Part shown: positions 1-9,044 of the stretch, one piece after another
Layout: each line of letters opens with the position of its first letter
Position numbering within the stretch: position 1 is the first letter of the stretch
Origin: a virus
Strand: one strand, 5' to 3'
Length of the DNA stretch: 64,000 nucleotides
IMG/VR virus record: IMGVR_UViG_3300045988_167643
Position numbers and translations under genes: made by a program
The notes under the pieces: generated by a model
Seen by the model: the letters and a program-made list of their open reading frames with translations, nothing else
What the model was told of the DNA's origin: nothing
Database searches by the model: none

Positions 1-12
1 TAGGTAACAAAA

Positions 13-405
13 ATGGGAGCAGCAGCAGAAGCTTTAAACTATGATTACGATGTTATTGACACACCAACCGAAACACCGACAACAGATAAAATTGTTCGGT
101 GTTTTACAGATAGTGAGCTTAACGATGAGCTTGCTAATCTGTTAAAAGATTCTTTATCTGGAGTACGCAAGGCAAACCTGGAATCTCACGGTTTAGAAAT
201 CCGTAAAAGAAACCGCGAATTAATCATCAGAGAGAAGAAGAAACAGAAACTTCTTTCCATGGTTGAATTATTTATGATGATCTTTATGTTATTACTGATT
301 CCGGTTTTAGGGACCGTAATTGTAAGAGAAGCTGTGTATTTATGGTTGTACATTATCACAGGACCAGTCGCAGCTTACTTGATAAACCAGTTAAGAAGAA
401 TGTAG
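13..405 (+). CDS. hypothetical protein with hydrophobic C-terminal segments
   Basis: 130-aa ORF at window edge; C-terminal MVELFMMIFMLLLIPVLGTVIV and LWLYIITGPVAAYLI hydrophobic stretches. Confidence 0.55.
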   Translation: MGAAAEALNYDYDVIDTPTETPTTDKIVRCFTDSELNDELANLLKDSLSGVRKANLESHGLEIRKRNRELIIREKKKQKLLSMVELFMMIFMLLLIPVLGTVIVREAVYLWLYIITGPVAAYLINQLRRM

Positions 406-417
406 GAGAATACAGAA

Positions 418-549
418 ATGGTAAAAAGATTTTACAAAGGGAAACCATATTCTTTAATGCTTGCAAAGCAGGATGAAAACGGTGTTCCGTATACATGGAC
501 AGTAAACGTTACTTTCAAGGAACGTGTAAAGGGGAGATCTTCTTTTTAA
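418..549 (+). CDS. small hypothetical protein (43 aa)
   Basis: ATG 9 nt after AGGAG; below ORF-track cutoff; fits the gap better than the SD-less 495..713 ORF. Confidence 0.4.
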   Translation: MVKRFYKGKPYSLMLAKQDENGVPYTWTVNVTFKERVKGRSSF

Positions 550-676
550 AGCATTCGAATTTTCCTACTTGGTTCATCCAGACAATTCTGTATATTATAC
601 AAATGGCTATTCTAACAATCGTTGCCACTGTGCAAATATTGTACAGGGATGGCAGTTCTAAAGGGAGGTATAATTT

Positions 677-859
677 ATGTATAAAAGAAAAACAGTTGAT
701 TGCTATGCCATAGAAAGTAACTGCGGATATGGCTGGGGCATTGAATGTAACTGTGAAGACTTGAAAGATGCAAAGATACAGTTAAAAACATATAGAGAAA
801 ACGTCAATTATCCAGTACGAATTAAAAAATGGCGTGAGAAAATCCAGGAGGAGGCATAA
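677..859 (+). CDS. hypothetical protein
   Basis: 60-aa ORF, AAAGGGAGG SD upstream. Confidence 0.6.
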   Translation: MYKRKTVDCYAIESNCGYGWGIECNCEDLKDAKIQLKTYRENVNYPVRIKKWREKIQEEA

Positions 860-864
860 GGCAA

Positions 865-1032
865 ATGGAACTGAAAAAGTATATTACCTACGAGGAACCA
901 TTGGAAGGAAAAAGTTTTACAATCAACCAGCTTCATGAGGTTTACCGTGATCTGGTTAATAAAGAAGAATATCAAGATTTTGATTGTTGGTTTACCGATA
1001 TGTTGAAATCGGGAGTATTTAAGGAGGTATAA
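865..1032 (+). CDS. small hypothetical protein (55 aa)
   Basis: ATG after GGAGGAGG; tiles exactly between neighbours. Confidence 0.5.
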   Translation: MELKKYITYEEPLEGKSFTINQLHEVYRDLVNKEEYQDFDCWFTDMLKSGVFKEV

Positions 1033-1034
1033 CA

Positions 1035-1286
1035 ATGGGAAAGAAAACAACTAAATCATGGGATAAGAGACAGGAGCGCAAACTCCGGTCTTATCTAAGG
1101 GCAAACGGATATTTATATGTATGCTCAAAAGGAGGTCACGATAAATACCGTTCACAGATTACCGGTAATAATATTGAGGTAAATAATCACATAAACAAAA
1201 TGGTCTGGCAACGGCTCATTAAAGAAGTCGCAGATGACCTAAAGTTAAAAGGCTACAATTACGTTCCATATGAGCGTGTTCGGTAG
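1035..1286 (+). CDS. HicA/YcfA-like small protein
   Basis: AAGGAGG SD; KLRSYLRANGYLYVCSKGGHDKY...IEVNNHINKMVWQRLIKEV resembles the HicA fold motif (L..L...G....r.kGsH). Confidence 0.5.
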   Translation: MGKKTTKSWDKRQERKLRSYLRANGYLYVCSKGGHDKYRSQITGNNIEVNNHINKMVWQRLIKEVADDLKLKGYNYVPYERVR

Positions 1287-1380
1287 TCTTTTTTTATTGG
1301 AAAATTTTAAAAACTGAATATTGGATGCCACAAGGCAAATTGAAAATAATAATATATGAAAATTTTGGAGGATAAATAAT

Positions 1381-2412
1381 ATGACAACAATTAATATGAA
1401 AGATTATGTAGAGGAAAACGCAAACAAAGGAAATGAAGCTGCAAGAGAAGTTATGGAAACAATTAGTACAATTGAACCTATCGTAGGAAATAAAAATAGA
1501 ACACCAGAAGAAAAAGCATCAGATATTGGCGAACTTAAAGGAATCCTTAAAGCTGCTATTGCGTCAGGAAAAAGCAAAGTAATAGTTAGTGTTCCAGTAA
1601 AGTTACTTGCAATTGATACGTCATATCAGATACCTGAGAGAACTGAAAGAAGTCTTAAAAAATTAATAAAAAACTGGGATGATGTTCAGTGTATGCCATT
1701 AATTGGTGTTCCACATTTTGAAGTCGGATATGTAGCTGTAGTTGATGGTACAGGTAGAGTGAGAGCAAGTCAGGTAATTGATAGTAAAAAATACGAAGAA
1801 CTTGATGTATTAATGGTTTTAAATGTACCAAGCGAACCTAAGGACAGACAGTTGTTTGAGGCAAAGCAGTATGAAAATCAGAACATAGGTAATGAGCCTT
1901 TGAGAGAATATCAGAAACATGGAGCAAGATTGATCAGAAGTGACAAAGCAACACTTTTATTTAGTAAAATGCAAAAGAAATACGGATTTAACTATAGTGT
2001 AAAAACTGGACAACGCCCAGAAGAAATGTTGGGATCATATAATGACGTACTTGATATTTGCAGAATTCAAGGAGAAGAATGTATGGATTATATTTTTGGA
2101 ATTTGTACTAAAAGTGGTTTTTGCAAATTATCCAATGGGTATTCTCTTGGTATTATTAGAGCGTTAAGAGATATGTGGAAATACTATGCAAACGACAGAG
2201 AAAGAACAAAAGCATTTTTTGAAGAGAAATTAAGAAATACAACTCCTGCATTATTAAAAGCAGAGGCACGTTCTACATATAAATATCTCAGTGAAAAATC
2301 TGCAATTAGTTTTTATCTTGAAGATATGGCTGTTAAAGAGCTTGGTGTTGAACAGTCAAGAGAAATTACAAATAATGGCACAAGATTAATCCCAGTTCGC
2401 AAATTTGCATAA
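1381..2412 (+). CDS. ParB-like nuclease/NTPase domain protein
   Basis: GGAGG SD; N-terminal ParB/Srx-type motifs (LLAIDTSYQIPER ... VAVVDGTGRVRA, a DGxxR box). Confidence 0.65.
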   Translation: MTTINMKDYVEENANKGNEAAREVMETISTIEPIVGNKNRTPEEKASDIGELKGILKAAIASGKSKVIVSVPVKLLAIDTSYQIPERTERSLKKLIKNWDDVQCMPLIGVPHFEVGYVAVVDGTGRVRASQVIDSKKYEELDVLMVLNVPSEPKDRQLFEAKQYENQNIGNEPLREYQKHGARLIRSDKATLLFSKMQKKYGFNYSVKTGQRPEEMLGSYNDVLDICRIQGEECMDYIFGICTKSGFCKLSNGYSLGIIRALRDMWKYYANDRERTKAFFEEKLRNTTPALLKAEARSTYKYLSEKSAISFYLEDMAVKELGVEQSREITNNGTRLIPVRKFA

Positions 2413-2439
2413 CAAACTTCACACAAATTAAGAAGTAAA

Positions 2440-2474
2440 GAGGGTAGCAAGCGAAATTAAAACTTGCTGCCCTC
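2440..2474 (+). terminator. 12-bp hairpin after ParB-like gene (no clear U-tract)
   Basis: GAGGGTAGCAAG / CTTGCTGCCCTC inverted repeat, one G-T pair. Confidence 0.35.
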
Positions 2475-2507
2475 AAATTATATAAGCAAAAAAAGGAGAT
2501 TAAAATT

Positions 2508-2786
2508 ATGGTATCAACAATTGAAGCAACACCACAGATTTATAAAAATGTTCGGTCTTACTTTTCAGCTGGACATGGAGTTGAAAATTATAATCTTGTA
2601 TCAGTTCGACAAAAATTAACTGAAACCTATATTTATAGGGTAATGGCACAGCACAAGATAACTGGAGAATATGCAGTGTGGACCTGCTGGAACGAAACCA
2701 CACAGTCACTAAACTTTGGACATTACGATCTTACAAAAGAAACTGCGATTGACATTTTATTTTGTAAAGGAGAGTGGGATTTTTGA
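2508..2786 (+). CDS. hypothetical protein
   Basis: 92-aa ORF, AAGGAG SD. Confidence 0.6.
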   Translation: MVSTIEATPQIYKNVRSYFSAGHGVENYNLVSVRQKLTETYIYRVMAQHKITGEYAVWTCWNETTQSLNFGHYDLTKETAIDILFCKGEWDF

Positions 2787-2965
2787 TCAACAATATGAGA
2801 ATGCAAGAGATTGCAGAGGTACTTGCAAGTAGAATTGCAGAGCATGATCAAGATTTTGCGAGAGAAGTTCTTATTGATGAGCTTGATATGGAAGATGAAG
2901 AGCTGGATTATTTCGGAATCTCTAAGGCAGATTTAGGAATTGAAGAAGATGATGATGATCTGTAA
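2774..2965 (+). CDS. hypothetical acidic protein
   Basis: 63-aa ORF; start ambiguous (GTG 2774 / TTG 2783 / ATG 2795) after AGGAG. Confidence 0.5.
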   Translation: MGFLINNMRMQEIAEVLASRIAEHDQDFAREVLIDELDMEDEELDYFGISKADLGIEEDDDDL

Positions 2966-3004
2966 AGAGCAGATAAAATGAAACTTTTAAGGGAGGAAAG
3001 TAAA

Positions 3005-3514
3005 ATGAAGAAATATGAACTTACAACAGAAACTAAAATTAATGCTTTTGGTAAAAAACTTTTTAGAATTAAGGCACTTGTTTCTTTTGGATCTGTATCT
3101 GCTGGAGAAAAAGGAGGATGGGTGGAAAAAGAAGAAAATCTAAGTCAGTCTGGCAATGCATTGGTACGTGACAATGCAGAGGTATCTGGTAATGCATTGG
3201 TATATGGCAATGCGAAGGTATCTGGCAATGCATGGGTACATGGTAATGCGAAGGTACGTGACAATGCAGAGGTATCTGGCAATGCAGTGGTTTCTGGTAA
3301 TGCAGATTACGCTACTATTCACGGTTTTGGTACGTGCTTCCGCACAACAACATTTTTTAGATGTGATGATGAAGAAGTCAGAGTTTCATGCGGATGCTTT
3401 TTCGGAACAATTTCAAAATTTAGAGAACAAGTAAAAAGAACAAGAAAAGGTAAAATTGCAGAAGAATATTTAATGATTGCAGATCTTATGGAAAAACATT
3501 TTAAAGAAGAATAA
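3005..3514 (+). CDS. hexapeptide-repeat (left-handed beta-helix type) protein, paralog of 27446..28543
   Basis: GGGAGG SD 8 nt before ATG 3005; nine or more consecutive NAxVxG hexads (GNALVRDNAEVSGNALVYGNAKVSGNAWVHGNAKV...). Confidence 0.7.
   Translation: MKKYELTTETKINAFGKKLFRIKALVSFGSVSAGEKGGWVEKEENLSQSGNALVRDNAEVSGNALVYGNAKVSGNAWVHGNAKVRDNAEVSGNAVVSGNADYATIHGFGTCFRTTTFFRCDDEEVRVSCGCFFGTISKFREQVKRTRKGKIAEEYLMIADLMEKHFKEE
3152..3305 (+). repeat. 18-bp periodic tandem repeat encoding the hexapeptide array
   Basis: GGYAATGCRNNGGTAYNT units repeated about 8 times in the DNA. Confidence 0.7.
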
Positions 3515-3529
3515 CGGAGGTAAAGGAAA

Positions 3530-3928
3530 ATGAAAAAAGATAAACCGAGATGGAAAAATCTTTCAATGTATGAACGTTTGGCCAGACGCTGCAAACAGCA
3601 TGGAGTATCAGAAGAAATGTGTGAACATTTAAGAAATAAGGGAAAAGAGAAAGAAGCAAAAGAAGAAAAACAAGAGAAATGGAGGATTAAAAATATGTGT
3701 ATTGAAAAATTAATTGAATTACTTCCAACCAGTGTTAAATGTGACACTGTAGATTTTAAAGATGTTCGGTTGAAGGATGGTCGAAATGCCATCCGTGTTA
3801 CTATTGACAGGCTTCTTACCCAGGAAGAGAAAGATAAAATGACCAGCAAAAGATTTGTTGGTCTTGACTGTGTTGGCCTTTACAAGTATGCACCGGAAGT
3901 CAAGAAATCATATTTCTATGTGGTTTAG
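3530..3928 (+). CDS. hypothetical protein
   Basis: 132-aa ORF, CGGAGG SD. Confidence 0.6.
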   Translation: MKKDKPRWKNLSMYERLARRCKQHGVSEEMCEHLRNKGKEKEAKEEKQEKWRIKNMCIEKLIELLPTSVKCDTVDFKDVRLKDGRNAIRVTIDRLLTQEEKDKMTSKRFVGLDCVGLYKYAPEVKKSYFYVV

Positions 3929-3942
3929 TGAGGTAAGAAAAA

Positions 3943-4545
3943 ATGAGAGAAACAGCAGAAGAAATTATTACGCAGTTCCCATTATGGGAAAAGCGAAAAG
4001 ATATTATTGTAGCTGTTCGATATGCAGATATTCCGGATAGAGAATATACCGAAAAGGATCATGAATTTTATAAATCACTTCCGGAAGGTACAATGAGAAA
4101 TGTTTGCTTTGCAGATGAATGGATTTGGTTAGTCAATGGTGATTATCAGATTTATTATCCATGCTGTGGAAAAATCTACATCCACAAGGCAACTCAAAAA
4201 GTAATGCATGGCGACATCAATATCCACCACAGAGGAAAGTGTTATTCTGTAATGCTTAACTTGATGTATGGTTACACAATACTTAGAGTTGATAAATTCT
4301 TACATGATTCCGGTTCAGGTAAATCTGTTGGATTTTGTACAAAAGATTCTTTTGGAAGTACACAGTACGCAAATCACACAGAAGAAATGGAACGTGATGA
4401 GATTTTAAGGATCTTAAATGATCCAATGGCAGACTTTGGATATGGCGTACAGAAATTTTTAGAAACTGCAAGAGAAGTATATAAAGATAATCCTGAGAAC
4501 TATTATTTAAAAAATTGCTGGGGATCTGGAGGTAAGGGAAAATGA
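3943..4545 (+). CDS. hypothetical protein
   Basis: 200-aa ORF, GTGAGG SD. Confidence 0.6.
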   Translation: MRETAEEIITQFPLWEKRKDIIVAVRYADIPDREYTEKDHEFYKSLPEGTMRNVCFADEWIWLVNGDYQIYYPCCGKIYIHKATQKVMHGDINIHHRGKCYSVMLNLMYGYTILRVDKFLHDSGSGKSVGFCTKDSFGSTQYANHTEEMERDEILRILNDPMADFGYGVQKFLETAREVYKDNPENYYLKNCWGSGGKGK

Positions 4546-4796
4546 AATACTACGGAAAAATTACATATGAAATAGATAAGAATCATCCGGATGTAAATTA
4601 TGTTGCTGGTGGTTGGTACAAAGGGAAAGTATTTAAGTACGAAGATACTTACGGATTTGACGAACGATTGTATTCACCAGAAGATCATTATATACTTGTC
4701 AATTCCATTAAAAAGGATTTAAAACTTGTCGCAGGTGGTGGATATAATACAAACCATATTCACAATGTAAAATTTGAAATCCGAAGAATAGCGTAG
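4542..4796 (+). CDS. hypothetical protein
   Basis: 84-aa ORF, ATGA overlap with upstream gene, GGAGG SD. Confidence 0.6.
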   Translation: MKYYGKITYEIDKNHPDVNYVAGGWYKGKVFKYEDTYGFDERLYSPEDHYILVNSIKKDLKLVAGGGYNTNHIHNVKFEIRRIA

Positions 4797-4809
4797 GGGA
4801 GTAGGTAAA

Positions 4810-4965
4810 ATGAAAGATTATACAGTGATGGTTAAAAAATACGGTTTTATTACCATTGAAGCAGAAGATGATGAGGATGCTCTGGAACAGGTAGATGGAC
4901 TATCATCTTCTGATTTTGATTGGTCAGATTTTGGTGAAGCTCAAATTGTTGAAGATAAAGATTAA
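4810..4965 (+). CDS. small acidic hypothetical protein (51 aa)
   Basis: GGGGAG SD 9 nt upstream; fills gap. Confidence 0.5.
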   Translation: MKDYTVMVKKYGFITIEAEDDEDALEQVDGLSSSDFDWSDFGEAQIVEDKD

Positions 4966-4995
4966 GATAAAACGGAAATTTTAAGGGGAATCAGA

Positions 4996-5151
4996 ATGAG
5001 TAGAGGTAAAGATATTTCGACTATGTATACGAAAGAAGAAAATAAAAAGAATGGAAGACTTGGGTATTATAATGCTACCAGAGAAAAGAAAGACATTATA
5101 AGCCCTGCGCAGTATGGAGCATTTCTGCAAAAAAGAGGTAAAAGGAAATAA
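4996..5151 (+). CDS. small basic hypothetical protein (51 aa)
   Basis: AAGGGG SD 7 nt upstream; fills gap. Confidence 0.5.
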   Translation: MSRGKDISTMYTKEENKKNGRLGYYNATREKKDIISPAQYGAFLQKRGKRK

Positions 5152-5176
5152 AAGAAATTTTAAGGGAGATGAAAAT

Positions 5177-5554
5177 ATGTATAAGGTAAAATATGAAAAA
5201 TATTATGACTATTATATAAACTCTCAGGAAGTAAAAACCTTTTATTCACTTAAAGAACTGGCAGATTGGTTATTTGAAATGGTGAACGGAGAATATAATA
5301 ATTCTTCATTCTATTTTGTTAATCCAGATGAAAAACATGAGAGAGAAGATGGAAGACTTTATCTTGACGATTCGTTTATTCAGTCATGTGATGGAACATT
5401 TCACTACTGGATTGAACAGATTGAAAGAGATGGGGAAATTATTTACTCATGTGGAACATTTACGAATGGTATTTGCCATTGGAATGAAGAAATTAAACAG
5501 TGGTTAAGAGAATGTAGGGAACGAAAAAACAATCCAACATTCAATTTTGGTTGA
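5177..5554 (+). CDS. hypothetical protein
   Basis: Track ORF 5114..5554 trimmed to the ATG 8 nt after AGGGAG. Confidence 0.6.
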   Translation: MYKVKYEKYYDYYINSQEVKTFYSLKELADWLFEMVNGEYNNSSFYFVNPDEKHEREDGRLYLDDSFIQSCDGTFHYWIEQIERDGEIIYSCGTFTNGICHWNEEIKQWLRECRERKNNPTFNFG

Positions 5555-5571
5555 TGGAGGTAAAGAGAAAT

Positions 5572-5739
5572 ATGAAAAAGTATAGTGTAACTTACCACGA
5601 AACCTACGAAGAAAATTATGAAGTCGAAGCTAATTCACCGGAAGAAGCAGAAGAAATTCTTCGAGAACGAATTAGAGACGGCAAAGAAGATGGTCCAGAG
5701 CAGTGCTGTGACAGTTGGTGTGATGTAACAGAACTATAA
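5572..5739 (+). CDS. hypothetical acidic protein
   Basis: ATG after GGAGG within track ORF 5551..5739. Confidence 0.55.
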   Translation: MKKYSVTYHETYEENYEVEANSPEEAEEILRERIRDGKEDGPEQCCDSWCDVTEL

Positions 5740-5765
5740 AATCAACATTTATAGGGAGACACAAA

Positions 5766-6002
5766 ATGGATATTAATTTTGATAAATTAGCAATTGTTAT
5801 TATTGACGAGTTTGAATCTGACAGAGAATGTTCTGGTCGAGATGAAATTGTTAAAGGAATGAAGTATGTACTTAATAAATATACTTCAGGACATGATCGA
5901 GAAATTATTGACCAGATGCTTATGACATTTACTGGATGGACTCTACAAACACTGCTTGGGAAGGCAAATAAAGTGTCAGATGAAGAAATTGAAGAACTAT
6001 AA
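5766..6002 (+). CDS. hypothetical protein
   Basis: 78-aa ORF, GGGAG SD. Confidence 0.6.
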   Translation: MDINFDKLAIVIIDEFESDRECSGRDEIVKGMKYVLNKYTSGHDREIIDQMLMTFTGWTLQTLLGKANKVSDEEIEEL

Positions 6003-6031
6003 AATCCGCATTTTGTAAGGGAGATGAAAAC

Positions 6032-6442
6032 ATGACATTCGAGGAAGCGAAAAAGAGACCAGACTATAAGTTTGTGCTTAATGGAATTGAAAGTGATATT
6101 GAAGATATTCGAAATAACTACATGAAGAGGTTATATGAGAATGGTGATCCGGAAAGAGGAATTGCTATTCTTGAAATCGGTTATGTAGACATTGAGGTAA
6201 ATTTAATGACATACGAACAGGTTGGAGAGCATCCTGGAGATAAACGTCCGATTATCAATTATTTTTCATGTATTAAATGTGGAGATAATGAAGATGATTG
6301 GAGATCTGATGATTATGTCGATCATGATATTAATGTAAATTGGGTTTTAGACAACTGGGCAGAACAGCTTGAAAGGGATATGTTTGAAGCTCTTAATAAA
6401 TATGTTGTCCAAAAAGGTTATAGTTATGATCACGCTAATTAG
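6032..6442 (+). CDS. hypothetical protein
   Basis: 136-aa ORF, AGGGAG SD. Confidence 0.6.
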   Translation: MTFEEAKKRPDYKFVLNGIESDIEDIRNNYMKRLYENGDPERGIAILEIGYVDIEVNLMTYEQVGEHPGDKRPIINYFSCIKCGDNEDDWRSDDYVDHDINVNWVLDNWAEQLERDMFEALNKYVVQKGYSYDHAN

Positions 6443-6459
6443 TAAAGGAGATAAAAATT

Positions 6460-6615
6460 ATGACAGTAGATCAGTTGGTTAAATCTTTAATGCATTACGA
6501 TCCGGATGCAGAAATAGTTATTTTTGATAGACACACCGGCGAACCATATGAATATTGTTTTTCTTTTGAAAATGAAAATGAAGGAAAAAAACAAATAATG
6601 ATTGAGGTTGAATAA
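6460..6615 (+). CDS. small hypothetical protein (51 aa)
   Basis: AAGGAG SD 9 nt upstream. Confidence 0.5.
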   Translation: MTVDQLVKSLMHYDPDAEIVIFDRHTGEPYEYCFSFENENEGKKQIMIEVE

Positions 6616-6644
6616 TAAAATTCGTATTTGATCGGAGGAGAAAA

Positions 6645-7013
6645 ATGGAATATTCAAAAATTGTAAAAAAAGAATGCCCAATGTGCGGTAAAACATATTT
6701 TGTTAAATTAACAGAAGTTGAATATGATCAGTACAAAAAATATATTGCATACGGAAGCTTGATTCAGAATGCCCTTTCAAACACAAGTCCAACAGTAAGG
6801 GAATTTTTGAAAACTGGGTATTGTCCAGACTGCCAGAAATTATTGTTTGGAAAATGTGAGCAGAAAGAATTGTTCTTTTCTTATGACGATATTAGAGAAG
6901 ATGTTACAAAAGAGTTCTGTGAAAGGCATGAAAATATATTAGATGCTCTCACGTCTGATGATGCTGATGTTTTGACAGAAGAAGAGTGGCTATTACTAAT
7001 GTATGAGTTTTAG
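6645..7013 (+). CDS. hypothetical zinc-ribbon protein
   Basis: GGAGG SD; CPMCG...CPDCQ cysteine pairs. Confidence 0.6.
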   Translation: MEYSKIVKKECPMCGKTYFVKLTEVEYDQYKKYIAYGSLIQNALSNTSPTVREFLKTGYCPDCQKLLFGKCEQKELFFSYDDIREDVTKEFCERHENILDALTSDDADVLTEEEWLLLMYEF

Positions 7014-7213
7014 TGAAAGGAGCAATGGAAATGGCATATTATCATAGTCCAAAAGAGTATGAAGCAAAAACAGGAAAACGTTTTTCTGATAAAGGAGCAT
7101 CAATTCACAGAACTGGATCTGTAAAGGGAATGGTTAAGTTAGGATACTGGGATAAAGATGCAGACAAGGTAAGATGTGGAAGCTACATTTATCTGCAAAA
7201 TAATTTTAGGTAA
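7013..7213 (+). CDS. hypothetical protein
   Basis: 66-aa ORF; true start probably ATG 7025/7031 after AAGGAG. Confidence 0.5.
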   Translation: MKGAMEMAYYHSPKEYEAKTGKRFSDKGASIHRTGSVKGMVKLGYWDKDADKVRCGSYIYLQNNFR

Positions 7214-7239
7214 AAATTATAATCTACGGAGGTATTTTA

Positions 7240-7398
7240 ATGTATAGAGTAGAGTGGATCGATGATGAAGGAAATCTTAAAATTAAAAGAGGTTTTAAAA
7301 AATCAGAACTGGCGCATCTGTGGATTGAAAAGATGCATTTAAAAATAGACAGTTTCCCAATGGTATTTTATGAGGGAGAGGGAGAAAACGATGACTAA
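7240..7398 (+). CDS. small hypothetical protein (52 aa)
   Basis: CGGAGG SD 9 nt upstream. Confidence 0.5.
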   Translation: MYRVEWIDDEGNLKIKRGFKKSELAHLWIEKMHLKIDSFPMVFYEGEGENDD

Positions 7399-7549
7399 AT
7401 TAGAAAATATGGCAGCTGATGAATTTAAAAAGTTGCCGAAAAAGAAACAGAAAGAGATTAACAAGGCAAAACGCATTCCGGTAGCAAAACCTGGACATGA
7501 GTTTAATAAAAGTAATGTTCGGTGTAAACGCTGGAATACGGATGAGTGA
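7391..7549 (+). CDS. small basic hypothetical protein (52 aa)
   Basis: GGGAGA SD; overlaps upstream stop. Confidence 0.5.
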   Translation: MTKLENMAADEFKKLPKKKQKEINKAKRIPVAKPGHEFNKSNVRCKRWNTDE

Positions 7550-7561
7550 TGGAGGTACTAC

Positions 7562-7822
7562 ATGAAAGGATTTGATTTACCTGTAATGGATGGAACACGA
7601 AAAAGTTTTTATGGAAAGGCAAAAGTAATTGAACACGATAATGGAGATATATGTCTGATAAGTTATTCAACATTGGTTGCTAGAATACATAATGGAAATT
7701 TTGAGAAGTTATGGGATGGATATAGTGCTACAACAATGCGGCATATAAATTCATTCCTTTTATTTTACAATCTTCCAGGTGGTGGAAAGTTGTGGTGGAA
7801 TAAATTAGAGGTGGTGGCATGA
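7562..7822 (+). CDS. hypothetical protein
   Basis: 86-aa ORF, GGAGG SD. Confidence 0.6.
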   Translation: MKGFDLPVMDGTRKSFYGKAKVIEHDNGDICLISYSTLVARIHNGNFEKLWDGYSATTMRHINSFLLFYNLPGGGKLWWNKLEVVA

Positions 7823-8064
7823 CTGAAAGAGAGAGAAATCTAATTAAAAGTAACCTAAAAGCTTTCGTACATAATTTTGGAACAGTTCGTATTGAGAAAG
7901 AAAATTGTGGTAAAGGCTTTTATGTGTTTTATCCAGAGGATAGTGATTCATATATCCAGTATTGCTATAGCATTGAGTACCTGGATGGTTGGCTTTATGG
8001 ATGTGTTCAAGGAAAACTAAGATTAAAATTAAATGATGAAAGAGAGCGTGAGTTGTATGGTTAA
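7819..8064 (+). CDS. hypothetical protein
   Basis: 81-aa ORF, ATGA overlap, GAGGTGG SD. Confidence 0.6.
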   Translation: MTERERNLIKSNLKAFVHNFGTVRIEKENCGKGFYVFYPEDSDSYIQYCYSIEYLDGWLYGCVQGKLRLKLNDERERELYG

Positions 8065-8263
8065 AAGATTTAGAAAACCAGATACGGTTGAAGCATACAA
8101 TACTGCCGGATTCAGAGAGAGATACGCAATGGAAAATGGAAATAAAAGTACAGTGTATCTAAATGGACATAAATGTTACAAGTTTACATATTCAAAAGAT
8201 GTTGATTATCAGGATGCTAATGGAGCCTTATATGATACTGTCGAGAAAAGATGGAGGGCTTAA
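8057..8263 (+). CDS. hypothetical protein
   Basis: Track ORF 8033..8263; ATG 8057 gives the minimal overlap. Confidence 0.5.
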   Translation: MVKRFRKPDTVEAYNTAGFRERYAMENGNKSTVYLNGHKCYKFTYSKDVDYQDANGALYDTVEKRWRA

Positions 8264-8264
8264 T

Positions 8265-8591
8265 ATGTTAAAAGATATTAAAGATGCAAAAGAAATTAGC
8301 TGCTATGACGCACTGACAGGAAGATATACTGGTGAAGAGGACGGTTGGCAGAAATGGAAAGATTTAGATGAAGATACAAGTTATGAAGTGTTTTGCTTAT
8401 GTCGTGAATTTGTAGCAAAAACAGCTAGGGGAAATCGGAGAACAAGAATTATGAATAAAGGAAAAAATTATGTTGAGCCTTGTGGAATTCTCAGAAGACT
8501 TGCATATAACTTTAAGAGAGGTGAAATTGAGTATACTGCTGGCCAAGATTACAATGAAGAAATGAAAACATTAAGAGGAATTTTTGATTAA
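8265..8591 (+). CDS. hypothetical protein
   Basis: Track ORF 8163..8591 trimmed to the ATG after GGAGGG. Confidence 0.55.
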   Translation: MLKDIKDAKEISCYDALTGRYTGEEDGWQKWKDLDEDTSYEVFCLCREFVAKTARGNRRTRIMNKGKNYVEPCGILRRLAYNFKRGEIEYTAGQDYNEEMKTLRGIFD

Positions 8592-8605
8592 AGGAGGATA
8601 AAAAT

Positions 8606-8803
8606 ATGTTTAAACTTACAATTAATACAGGTAATGCAGCTTTTCACGATGAGTATAATGATGATAAGGCTTATGACAAATACTGTGAGGCAGAAGAAAT
8701 TTCCAGAATTTTAAAAGAAGTCATTGATAAACTTGAGTATGGTTGTGAGTCAGGCGTTTTAATTGATATCAATGGAAATAAAGTTGGAGAATGGAGCCGG
8801 TAA
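8606..8803 (+). CDS. hypothetical protein
   Basis: 65-aa ORF, AAGGAGG SD. Confidence 0.6.
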   Translation: MFKLTINTGNAAFHDEYNDDKAYDKYCEAEEISRILKEVIDKLEYGCESGVLIDINGNKVGEWSR

Positions 8804-8819
8804 AAGGGAGGTACATAAA

Positions 8820-9044
8820 ATGACAATAGAAGAAATGTGTGATTATTTGTCATCACATAGGACTTATAAAGAAGATGATGATTTATATTACGAGAAAAAA
8901 ATGATGGAAAGTAAAAAAACTATTCCAATAAGTGAACTTGTAGAGCGATTCATTGAAGTTGATAAAGAATTTAGAGGAGAACCTTGGAACATTTTACAAA
9001 TTCTTGCAAATATCAATATAATTGTGCCAGTAGAGGATCGATAA
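8820..9044 (+). CDS. hypothetical protein
   Basis: Track ORF 8763..9044 trimmed to the ATG after AGGGAGG. Confidence 0.55.
   Translation: MTIEEMCDYLSSHRTYKEDDDLYYEKKMMESKKTIPISELVERFIEVDKEFRGEPWNILQILANINIIVPVEDR

Noticed and set aside
495-713. 72-aa + strand ORF
   Set aside because: It has no SD and overlaps SD-supported small ORFs at 418..549 and 677..859. The region 550-676 is more likely non-coding.
3140-3434. ORFs 3140..3322 (-) and 3156..3434 (+) inside the hexapeptide gene
   Set aside because: These are alternative-frame artefacts of the 18-bp periodic DNA repeat. They are repetitive Cys/Tyr/Met-rich nonsense peptides with no SD.
3319-3849. Long minus-strand ORFs antisense to + strand genes (for example 3319..3849, 11100..11498, 12346..12759, 35587..36096, 56077..56517)
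   Set aside because: They have Ser/Phe/Leu-rich low-complexity translations typical of the antisense of purine-rich coding strands. None has an SD, and each fully overlaps SD-supported + strand genes.
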